Shown: piece after piece, positions 1-10,212 of the stretch
How positions within the stretch are numbered: the stretch's first letter is position 1
Layout of the letters: each line of letters starts with the position of its first letter
NCBI RefSeq assembly: GCF_902713615.1
Contig: NC_052156.1
Coordinates: forward strand, 29,167,287-29,231,286
Source of the DNA: Scyliorhinus canicula
Taxonomy: Eukaryota
Length of the DNA stretch: 64,000 nt
Direction of reading: 5' to 3'
The notes under the pieces: model-generated
The model's database searches: none
Told to the model about the DNA's origin: nothing
What the model saw: only the letters and a program-made list of their open reading frames with translations
Translations under genes and position numbers: made by a program

Positions 1-163
1 GCGGGTTAAGTGCATTGGCCATGCTAAATTGCCCTTAGTGTCCAAAAAGGTTAGTGGGTTATGGGGATAGGGTGGAGGTGTGCACTTAAGTACGGTGCTC
101 CTTCCAAGCACTGGTGCAGACTCGATGGGCCGAATAGCCTCCTTCTGTACTGTAGATTCTATG
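1..163 (+). mobile_element. HE1-like V-SINE 3' half
   Basis: ggccatgctaaattgccc V-domain end and CR1-type tail. Confidence 0.85.
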
Positions 164-1068
164 AACTGAAGGATATAATTGAGATAACGGGGACATGGCT
201 GCAGGGTGACCAGGGATGGAAACTGAATGTCCTGGGGTATTCAGTATTTAGGAAGGACAGACAAAAAGCAAAAGGCGGTGGAGTCGCACTGCTAGTTAAA
301 GGGGAAATTAATGTAATGGTGAGGAAGGATATTAGCTCTGACAATGTGGAATCAGTATGGGTAGAGCTGAGAAACATCAAGGGGCAAAAAATGATAGTGG
401 ACGTCACATATGGACCCACAAACTGCAGTGGCGACTTGGGAATGGCATTAAGCAGGAAATTAGAGATGCATGCGATAAAGGAACATCTGTAATTATGGGT
501 GATTTTATCTGTATATAGATTGGGCTAATCAAATTAGCCACAATACAGTAGAGGAGGAATTCCTGGATGTTTTATGGGATGATTTTCTGGACCAATATGT
601 TGAGGAACCAACTAGAGAACCCGCCATCCCAGGCTAGGTATTATGTAATGAGAATGGAATCATTGGCAATCTAGTTGTGCGGGACCCCTTCAGGATAAGC
701 AATCATAATTTTTCATCAAGGTGGAGTGAAGTAGTTGATTCTGCGACTAGGGTCCTGAATCTTAATAAAGAAACTATGATGATATGAACCATGAGTTGCC
801 TTTGATGGATTGGGGAATGTTACTTAAAGGGTTGACAGTGGAAAGGCAATGGCAAACATTCAAGGAGTGGGCATGGAGGAACTGTAACAATTGTTTATTC
901 CTGTCTGGCACAAAAGTAAAACGGGAAAGATGGCCAATCCATGGCTTACAAGGGAAATTAGATATAGTATTCGATCCGATGAGAAGCATGCAAATTGGCC
1001 AAGAAAGACAACAAGTCTGAGGATTGGGAGCAGTTTAGAATTCAGCAAAGAAGAAACAAGGGATTGAT
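164..1068 (+). mobile_element. CR1 LINE ORF2 endonuclease fragment
   Basis: DIIEITGTWL..GYSVFRKDR..KGGGVALLVK..ESVWVELR APE motifs; frameshifted. Confidence 0.88.
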
Positions 1069-1342
1069 GGGCAGTACAGTAGCATAGTGGTTAGCACAGT
1101 TGCTTCACAGTGCCAGGGTGCCAGGTTCGATTCCAGGCTTGGGTCAGTGTGTGGAGTCTGCACGTGCACCCCATGTGTGTGTGGGTTTCCTCCGGGTGCT
1201 CCAATTTCCTCCCACAGTCCAAAAGATGTGCAGGTTAGATGGATTGGCCATTCTCAATTGCCCTTAGTGTCTAAAAAGGTTAGGTTGGGTTATGGGAATA
1301 AAGGGGATAGGGTGGAGGCATGGGGCTTGGGTAGGGTGCTCT
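1069..1342 (+). mobile_element. HE1-like V-SINE
   Basis: Pol III A box TAGCATAGTGG, B box GGTTCGATTCC, V-domain. Confidence 0.9.
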
Positions 1343-2012
1343 TTTGGAGCGGAGCTCCTTCATCAGGTGAACTGCGCTCCGAAAGCTAGTGATTCGAAAC
1401 AAACTTGTTGGACTTTAACCTGGTGTTAGAACAAAGAACAAAGGAAAGTACAGCACAGGAACAGGCCCTTCGGCACTCCAAGCCTGTGCTGACCATGCTG
1501 CCTGTCTAAAGTAAAATTTTCTGGATCCGTATCCCTCTATTCCCATACTATTCATGTATCCCTCTATTCCCATCCTATTCATGTATTTGTCAAGATTCCC
1601 CTTAAATGTCACCATCGTCCCTGCTTCCATCACCTCCTCCGGCAGCGAGTTCCAGGCACCCACCACCCTCTGTGCAACAAAACTTGCCTCGTACATCTCT
1701 TCCAAACCTTGCCCCTCGCACCTTAAACTTATGCCCCCTAGTAATTGACCCCTAACTCTAATCTGATTATCCACTCTGTCTATGCCCCTCATAATTTTGT
1801 AGACCTCTAATAGGTCGCCCCTCAACCTCTGTCGTTCCAGTGAGAACAAACCGACTTTATTCAACCGCTCCTCATAGCTAATGCCCTCCATACCAGGCAA
1901 CATCCTGGTAAATCTCTTCTGCACCCTCTCTAAAGCCTCCACATCCTTCTGGTAGTGTTGTAAGACTTCTTACTGTGCCCACCCCAGTCCAACACCGGCA
2001 TCTCCATATCAT
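1342..2012 (+). mobile_element. Penelope-like terminal repeat with 5' inversion, split by CR1
   Basis: 1372-1427 plus 1960-2012 match the reverse complement of 2820-2925; 1342-1370 is an inverted hammerhead 5' half. Confidence 0.75.
1428..1959 (-). mobile_element. CR1 (HER1-like) LINE 3' end inserted into a Penelope repeat
   Basis: ALERVQKRFTRMLPGM..YEERL..LFSLE..RLRGDL..WNSLP; short-repeat tail; gtgtt duplicated at the borders. Confidence 0.92.
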
Positions 2013-2486
2013 GATCATAATGAATGACGGAGCGGGCTCGAAGGGCCAAATGGCCTCCGCCTGCTCCTATTTTCTATGTTTCTAACAGTACCTCATCCTC
2101 CCATTGGGCACTTTTCAGCCTTTTGATCTCAACACTAAATTCAACAGCTTCAGACCTTGATCGCTCTGCTCCATTTTCATTTTCCTCCCAATCCCCTCCA
2201 TCACGGGTCATTTGTAACTTGTTTTGCTTTCATGCACAACATTCTGTTACCATACCTTTATACCACTATTAGCACCAACTTTAGTCTTTAACACTACCAT
2301 TAACACTCCTTTTATCTTGTGTCCATTACATTTTGTCAATCTCTTCTGAGCTCTCACCTTTCCCTGACCTTTTATTTTGCTCCACCTTCTCCACTCCCTC
2401 TAGAATGATATAATCAATCACATTTCTGCCCCTCCTCAGCTCTGAAGAGTCAAGGAGTCTTAACCTTAACTCTGTTTCTCTCTCAG

Positions 2487-2712
2487 GATGGTGCGTGGCA
2501 CAGTGGTTAGCACTGCAGCCTACGGCACTGAGGCCTCAGGTTCGAATCCCGTCCCTGGGTCACTTACATGTGGAGTTTGCCCATTCTCCCCATGTCTGCG
2601 TGGGTTTCACCCCCACAACCCAAAGATGTGCAAGTTAGGTGGATTGGCCATGCTAAATTGCCCCTTAATTGGAGAAAAAAATAACTGGGTACTCTAAATT
2701 TGTTTTTTAAAA
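2487..2712 (+). mobile_element. Short V-SINE variant with A-rich gggtactctaaattt tail
   Basis: A/B boxes, shortened V-domain; other copies at 15302-15528, 32574-32795, 54293-54521. Confidence 0.85.
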
Positions 2713-2817
2713 ACTGTTTCTCTCTCCACATAAGCTGCCAGTCCAGCTGAGTGTTTGCCAGCATTTTCTGCTTTTATTTCAGAAAGCCACCCCTTGTCCA
2801 AAGTCGATCTGAATCTT

Positions 2818-3212
2818 GATGTGGAGATGCCGGCGTTGGACTGGGGTGAGCACAGTAAGAAGTCTTACAACACCAGATTAAAGTCGAACATGTTTGTTTC
2901 AAACACTAGCTTTCGGAGCACTGCTCCTTCCTCAGGTGAATGAAGAGGTATGTTCCAGAAACATATATCCAGACAAATTCAAAGATGCCAGACGATGATT
3001 AGAATGTGAGCATTTGCAGGTAATTAAGTCTTTACGGGTGCAGAGATAGGGGTAACCCCAGGTTAAATAGGTGTGAATTGTCTCAAGCCAGGACAGTTGG
3101 TAGGATTTCGCAAGCCCAGATGGTGGGGGATGAATGTAATGCGACATGAATCCCAGGTCCCGGTTGAGGCCACACTCATGTGTGCGCAACTTGGCTATAA
3201 GTTTCTGCTCAA
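2818..3212 (-). mobile_element. Penelope-like element 3' fragment (GIY-YIG C-terminus plus pLTR)
   Basis: QKLIAKLRTHECGLNRDLGF followed by a hammerhead-containing repeat. Confidence 0.85.
2904..2938 (-). ncRNA. Minimal type I hammerhead ribozyme motif
   Basis: CAC-CUGAGGA-AGGAGC(AGU)GCUCC-GAAA-GC-UA-GUG: catalytic core, helix II, palindromic AGCU helix III, CAC/GUG helix I. Confidence 0.75.
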
Positions 3213-3899
3213 CTTACATTTGTCAGCATTGATGAGGGGAGCTACAGACCATTTTCAGATGGAGCCTAAAGTTACGCTGATTGCAAGGAAGGCATGAAAC
3301 CAGGTAGCTTCCAATCTTTGTGAACAGTTCAGCACCGAGGAGCATTGACCAATGTAGGTTATGCATTGTTAAAAAAGACCAGCGATAGCCTGCTGAGGTG
3401 CAACCGCAGCGTAAGTGTTGAAATCAGATATTCTGGGCTAGTTCAGTCCAACTATAGTGTGACGACATATACTGGGGAAAACAGTAAATCCAGCCCCTGG
3501 TTTTATGACTGTTTTCAGATTTCCTGCATCTGCAGCGTTGTGTTTATTGAATAATCTGTTTCTCAAAACTCCCCAATCTTTGACCTATGATGCATGTGTT
3601 TGGCATGTTTGAACAGAATCATGTGCTCTTTTTCCGTGGGATGATGTCGCAATGCCATGGGCCCAATTATTGTTTTTTTTATTTAAAAAGGAGCAAAATG
3701 CAGCTCAGGGGAATCTGAAAGAAAACCCGAGAATGCCGAAAAAAAACTCAGCAAGTCTGGCAGCATCAGTGGAGAGAGAAACATCCAACATTGTGGAGTG
3801 GCAGGAGATTGTGGTGATAATTAAAAGCGGTGTAACATGCTTGTATTAATCATGGACTGCACATGCTGCCAGATATTAATCAGAAATAAAAACTTATCC

Positions 3900-4450
3900 C
3901 TGCGTGCCCACTCACTTTACTAACTTATTAAAACACAAAATAAGGATAATCTATTCTCTCTTTAAACGTGAGGTGACATCTGTTCCTTAATTCTCCAGGG
4001 TCTGTTTGATGAAGCCGAATGGTTCAATGCAAGATCACAATGGTGGAGCTGATTGAAAGCCACAAGCAAGTTAATCATTTGTCGATATAAATTGAAATAT
4101 TTAATGATTACAGTGTGCTTGGGTGGGAGGCTTTGCGCCATTTCCGTGAGACTAGTTAAAAAAAGGCAAGCCTTCAGCACTTTCGGGAAATAGGCGACAT
4201 CGTGATCCCGTAACAAGGAATGGGAGAGAGAGAGAGAGAGGGGGAGGGGGTGCTGGATGAATGGGCAGAATTCCAGTCACTCGCGTGTGTGCAACAGGCA
4301 GTTAGTTACATCCGCGGAAACTGACACTTGTGTTCTCACAAGCATGCTCCCCCGCGTTTAATTATTTATCACAACCATTTCCGCCTGCGGGGGAAAAAAA
4401 AAAGCTGTTGAGCACTGACAAAAATGACCTTCCCTCCTCCCCCTCTTCCT
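3900..4450 (-). promoter_or_regulatory. Possible promoter / non-coding first exon (CpG-retaining unique sequence)
   Basis: Many CpGs with no recognisable repeat, GA tract, GTGAGT donor-like site on minus at 3910-3915. Confidence 0.3.
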
Positions 4451-4818
4451 GGTGTTGAGTCATGTTGGGTTACAATTCCACCAGCGCCTCTTATTCACAT
4501 CAGTTTACACAGCGAATGCTTGGCAGCCTGACATCACCAGGGAGATGACCACCCAATACCACTTTATACCCAGTCACCGCACGTCCAGCCTGGCAGCAGG
4601 AGGTGGCCGATTAAAGAACTGGACCTTTTGCACCGTTTCTCAAAGCCTAGCCTAAGGGCACTGAGGCTAATGTGTGTTACCCTGCTACGGCCGCAGCTGG
4701 AATCAGCTAACTTTTTGTAATCCTTATATATAATATACTTTCACAGGACAGAGCTGATGGTAAATCCAAAAATTCTCCCTCCATGGGCTTCAATCGAATT
4801 AACCCAGCATTCAGCTAC

Positions 4819-5132
4819 TGATGCGACCATCAATTCACTCAAAGACACCAGTAGAAGCAAACCAAGGTTTTAATCAGCTGAGAACAGAGAACTGCCTGCA
4901 ACTATTACAATACCGTGGACTGCCTACAGGTCAACTGCTCTTTCTACTTCCTTTCAAGGGGGAGGAACCATGGGCGGAGCCTGTACATGCCCCAACATAC
5001 CCCCTGTGGGTGAAGCCACACAATGGCCCATAGGTGGAGCCCACAAGGTCAACAACACAACATAGCTGTAACACAATGGCAGAACATGATACTAATACAC
5101 TGGTGAATAGCTAGTACTATTCATTCACCACA
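4819..5132 (-). repeat. 3' LTR of Gypsy family A
   Basis: Direct repeat of 9220-9532, roughly 20+ differences by eye; adjacent to the PPT. Confidence 0.95.
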
Positions 5133-5176
5133 TTCACCCCCTGTTAAAAAAATGAGGTCCGGCGGGGGTGACGGGC

Positions 5177-8100
5177 TCATAAGTTCAGCAGGTCTGGCGC
5201 AAGGATTGTGCGCTGCGATCCCCGAAGCTCTGGTGTTGTTGTTGGTCTGGGTGTCGGGCTCATCCGTGCTGGCATCGGAAGTGGGGCCGGTGCGGGCACA
5301 GGCCTGGACTCTGGGAGCATCTCTTCTGGAGCTTCATTCCTATGGACCGGTGTGGCGGGCGGGAGGGAGCGCGGGAGCCATGTCGGGGCGGGGGCGCTGG
5401 ACATGGTAGGTTGGGTGGGATATAGTGGGGAGGCTGAGGTGGTGGTGGTGGAGCCTGCGGGCGCTAGGTTCGAGGGAGACGGTATCTTGTCGGCCATCGG
5501 GGTGTTCAACATAAGCATCCTGGGGGTTGGAGTGCACGAGCTGGACCCTCTCTACCAGAGGGTCGGTCATATGGCTCCTGATGTGTTTTCTGAGGAGGAC
5601 TGGTCCCGTTGTCTTCAGTCAGGATGGAAGCGAGGCCCCTGAAGGTAGCTCCCCTAGAAAAGCAAACAAGCGCTCATGAGGAGTCTCGTTCGTGACCATG
5701 CAAATGAGGGACCTGATAAGAGTGGAGCGCATCAGGGAGGATCTCCTGCCAGTGAGAAACTGGCAGATTCCTGGACCGCAGGGTCAGTAGGACGGTCTTC
5801 CAGACCGTCGCGTTCTCCCTCTCCACCTGCCCGTTTCCCCTGGGGTTGTAACTGGTAGTCCTGCTCGAGGCGATGCCCTTACTGAGCAGGTACTGACGCA
5901 GTTCATTGCTCATGAACGACGAGCCCTGGTCGCTGTGGACATAACTGGGGAAACCAAACAGGGTGAAGACACTATGCAGGGCTCTAATGACAGTGGATGA
6001 GGTCATATCGGGGCAGGGGATTGCAAATGGAAAGCGGGAGAACTCATCTATGATGTTGAGGAAATACGTATTGCGGTTATTGGAGGGGAGGGGCCCTTTG
6101 AAATCGATACTGAGGTGTTCAAAGGGCCGGGATGCCTTTACCAGGTGGGCCTTAGCCAGTCGATAGAAGTGCGGTTTACACTCCGCACAGATTTGGCAGT
6201 CCCTGGTCATAGCCCTGACCTCCTCGGTGGAGTAGGGCAGGTTGCGGGCCTTGATATAATGGACGAGCCGGGTGGCAGAGGTAATCGTGGATAGCCCGTA
6301 GTCGGTCACCTTGCGCGCTGGCGCATGTGCCGTGGGACAGGGCATCTGAGGGCTTGTTGAGCTTCCCAGGACGATATACTATATCGTAGTTATAGGTGGA
6401 GAGTTCGATCCTCCACCTCAAGATCTTATCGTTCTTGATTTTGCCACCCTGCGTATTGTCGAACATGAAGGCTACCAATCGTTGGTTGGTGACGAGGGTA
6501 AACCTCCTACCCACGAGGTAGTGCCTCCAGGGCCGCACGGCTTCCACGATGGCTTGGGCTTCTTTTTCGACCGAGGAGTGTTGAATTTCAGAGGTGGTGA
6601 GGGTGCGCGAAAAGAACGCTACCGGTCTGCCTGCTTGGTTGAGGGTGGCAGTGAGAGTGACCTCTGATGCGTCGCTCTCCACCTGGAAGGGGCAGACTCG
6701 TCCACCGCGCGCATCTCAGCTTTGGCGATGTCCTGCTTGATGCAGCTGAAGGCCTGGCGAGCCTCAGTTGCCAGTGGAAAGCTGGTGGCCTTGATTAGTG
6801 GCCACCACTAATCTTGGGCGGGCGGGCTTTGTCTGCATAATTGGGGACGCACTGGGCGTAATATGAAAAGAACCCAAGGCACCTCTTCAGGGCCTTGGGA
6901 CAGTGAGGGAGAGAGAGTTGCAGGAGGGGGCATATACGGTCAGGGTCGGGCCCTAGGACCCCGTTCTCCACGACGTAGCTGAGGGTGGCTAGTCTGGTTG
7001 TGTGGAAAATGCATTTCTCCTTGTTGTAGGTGAGATTGAGGGTTTGGGCGGTTTGGAGAAATTGGTGGAGGTTGGCGTCGTGGTCCTGCTGATCATGGCC
7101 GCATATGGTGACATTGTCCAAGTACGGAAATGTGGCCCGCAGTCCGTACTGGTCCACCATTTGGTCCATTGCTCTTTAGAACACCGAAACCCCATTCTTG
7201 ACGCCAAAGGGAACCCGGAGGAAATGGAAAAGGCGGCCGTCTGCCTCAAAAGCCGTGTAGTGGCGGTCCGCCGGGCGGATTGTGAGCCGGTGGTATGCAG
7301 ACTTCAGATCCACCGTGGAGAACACCCGGTAGTGTGCGATCTGATTCACCATGTTTGCAATCCGGGGAAGGGGGTACGCATCGAGTTGCGTATACCGGTT
7401 AATGGTTTGGCTGTAATCAACCACCATCCGGAACTTTTCCCCGGTCTTGACGACGACCACCTGAGCTCTCCAGGGGATATTGATGGCCTCGATGACACCC
7501 CCCTGCAAGAGACTCTGGACCTCGGACCTAATGAACGTCCTGTCCTGCATGCTATACCGCCTGCTTCTGGTGGCGACTGGCTTGTAGTCGGCGGTGAGGT
7601 TTGAGAAGAGAGGGGGAAGGTCGACTTTTAGGGTCTCGAGGCTGCATATGGTGAGTGGGGCAGGGGCCCCCCTGAACCTCAGGTTACATTGGAAGTCGAG
7701 TCCCAATAGGAGAGGAGCGCAGAGGTCTGAGAGCACATATAATTTAAAGTTAGCGTACTCAGGGTTGCTAGGGTTGTAGTAGTGCAGCCTTGGATTTGCA
7801 CCGAGTGCGACCCAGAGGCGAGGGAGATGGTTTGTTGCGCCGGGAAAATTGTAAGCAGCGTCTTACCATGTCCGGGTGAATGAAGCTCTCTGTGCTCTCG
7901 GAGTCGAAGAGGCAAGGCGTCTCGTGCCCGTTAACCCGGACGGCCATCGTGGAGCTCCGGAGGTGCTTGGGCCACGACTGGTCCAGGGTGACCGCGCTGA
8001 GCTGCGGGTAGCCGGCGGCGTGGTCGGAAGTGCTGGGACGGCCCCGCGATGACTGTCCATATTGATCATGCGCGTCAAGCGGCGTAGCAGATGGCGGCCA

Positions 8101-9196
8101 AGATGGTGGCCCCCATTGGTCGAGCGTGGCGGGCGGTGAGGAAAATGGCATCCAAGATGGTGGCCCCCATGGATCACACGTGGCCGGCCGCGTGGCGGAG
8201 GATGGCCAAGATGGCGGCCCCCATTTGTCGAGCGTGGCGGGCAGTGAGGAAGATGGCGGCCCCCATGGATCGCACGTGGCCGGCCGGGTGGGGGAGGATG
8301 GCCAAGATGGCAGCCCCCATGCGTCGCACGTGCTGCGAGGGCAGGAAGATGGCCACCCCCACTGATAGCACGAGGCTGATGACGTGTCTGCAGGGGGCGG
8401 AGTCGGCAGACACGCTGCCACACTGCGGGGTCTGCTGGCCTGTGAGTCTGAGGATCGGGCCTGTGAGTTCAAGTTCTTAGACCTGGCCAGGCAACTTTTG
8501 GCGAAATGTCCTTTTTTCCGCAGCTGCTGCAGTTCATGTTGGGGGCCGGGCAGTGCTGTCGGGGGTGTTGAGACTGGCCGCAAAAATAGCAGGGTAGCCC
8601 CCCCATGATGGGCGGGTGGCCGCGCGGCGCAGGCCTGGGGTAGTCTTTGGTCGGGGGCCCACGAAGGGGTCGGTGGTCAGCCTGGAATGCAGTAAGGCTC
8701 TGAAACGCAGCCACCAGAGAGGTGGCTAACGTTACCGTGTTGTCCAGGTCCTGGGCCCCCTTTTCGAGCAGGTGCTGTCTCACATAATTCGACTGGACTC
8801 CCGCCACGTAGGCGTCTCGGACGGTGAGTTCCATGTGCTGAATGGCCGTAATGGCCTGGTAATTACAGTTGCGTGCGAGGGCTTTGAGGTCACGTAGGTA
8901 GTCATCTAGCGACTCCCCGGGGCGCTGGCGGCATAGACCTCATTCACGGGCCGTACGTAGAGGCGTTCGAGCGTCGCGAGGGCGTCTGCGTATGAGGAGG
9001 CCTCGTCGAGCTGAACAGAAATGCGATGGCTCACCCGTGTGTGGAGGAGGCTCAGCTTCTGTTCATCAGTGACGGAAGGCGTGGAAGCGGCAGCGAGATA
9101 GGCCTTGAAGCATCAAAGCCAGTCCGAAAATTTTTATTTCACCTCCGCAGCCTGAGGATCGAGTTGCAGTCGATCAGGTTTGAGGGCTGATTCCAT
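5177..9196 (-). pseudogene. Disrupted gag-pol of Gypsy family A
   Basis: ORF fragments 8469-8834 (gag), 7768-8583 (linker/PR), 7176-7736 and 6795-7169 (RT, FPYLDNVTIC), 6176-6682 (RNase H), 5674-6345 (IN core), 5177-5570 (IN C-terminus); early stop after MESALKPDRLQLDPQAAEVK. Confidence 0.93.
8088..8360 (-). repeat. In-frame minisatellite (~54-bp units) encoding xDxWGPPSW repeats in the gag-PR linker of family A
   Basis: AAGATGG cores recur at ~8100, 8154, 8208, 8250, 8304, 8346. Confidence 0.9.
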
Positions 9197-9219
9197 AGTT
9201 GTCTTTAAGCTGATTAAAT

Positions 9220-9532
9220 TGATGCGACCATCAATTCACTCAAAGACACGAGTAGAAGCAAACCGAGGTTTTAATCAGCTTAGAACAGAGCCTACCTGCG
9301 ACTAGTACAATACTGTGGACCGCCTACAGGTCAACTGCTCTTTATACTTCCTTTCAAGGGGGAGGAGCCATGGGTGGAGCCTGTACATGCACCAACATAT
9401 CCCCTTGTGGGTGAAGCCACACAATAGCCCATAGGTGGAGCCCACAAGGTCAACAACACAACATAGCTGTAACACAATGGCAGAACATGATGCTAATACA
9501 CTGGTGAATTACTAGTACTTACTTTAACCACA
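9220..9532 (-). repeat. 5' LTR of Gypsy family A
   Basis: TATAAA on minus at 9341-9346, ATTAAA at 9270-9275; gag ATG follows a 23-nt leader. Confidence 0.95.
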
Positions 9533-9931
9533 GCTACTTCAATGAATTTGAGACAATTGTAGATTTTGTTTGGTTGATTTGAAAACACCCAGAGGCGATT
9601 ACAGGTTAGTGTGAGATGAAGAAGACCCCTTTGCCCCTATTTCCAAGAATGTCTCGCAAATCTTTCATCTGCTGATCTACTTGACACTCTTCCAAAATAA
9701 AGAAAGCCAATTCAAATATCGGAGCAAATAAAATTACTGTCGGGAAAGTGGGACCTTTGCAGAAGGCTAGCCCCTTAGTCTTCTATAAAGGATCTATCCA
9801 TTCTTAAAGGATGTTTCCTATCTGAGACCGTCTACACTGGTGGCAGCTCATATCAAGTAACAAAAACATTTTTGGTTCCCATTATTAAATGAGAGGAAAC
9901 TGGCATTGTTCACAGTTGTGAATTTCCCCCT

Positions 9932-10212
9932 TGATGTGACCATCAATTCACTAGACACGTGATTGGAAGTAAACTGTGGTTTTAATAGTCTTACAACTAA
10001 GCCAGCCTGCGACCAGAGGAACCGAGAGCAGGCTTACAGCTGCAGTGCTTTATACTTCCGGTTAGTGGGAGGAGCCATGGGCGGAGCCCAGTACAAACTC
10101 ATCATCTCCCCCTATGGGCGGAGCCGTGCAACGGCTCACATACAGGGCCCACAAGGACACAATACATGCAAGGCAATACAGTGTGAATTACGATGGCATA
10201 TAATTCATCACA
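9932..10212 (-). mobile_element. Solo LTR of a related Gypsy family
   Basis: TGATGTGACCATCAATTCAC...TCACA termini homologous to the family A LTR; TSD CCCCT at 9927-9931 and 10213-10217. Confidence 0.9.

Larger units (their letters stand above)
4819..9532 (-). mobile_element. Full-length Ty3/Gypsy (Mag-like) LTR retrotransposon, family A, degenerate
   Basis: TG..CA LTRs 4819-5132 and 9220-9532; TSD GCTAC on both sides; PPT CAGGGGGTGAA at 5133-5143; gag (ATG 9196, CCHC knuckles), protease LFDSEST, RT, RNase H ESDAS..EKEA, integrase in PR-RT-RH-IN order; stops and frameshifts present. Confidence 0.96.

Noticed and set aside
8088-8360. CRISPR-like repeat array
   Set aside because: Spacers are themselves repeated, the array is in-frame within a retrotransposon ORF, and the context is eukaryotic with no cas genes
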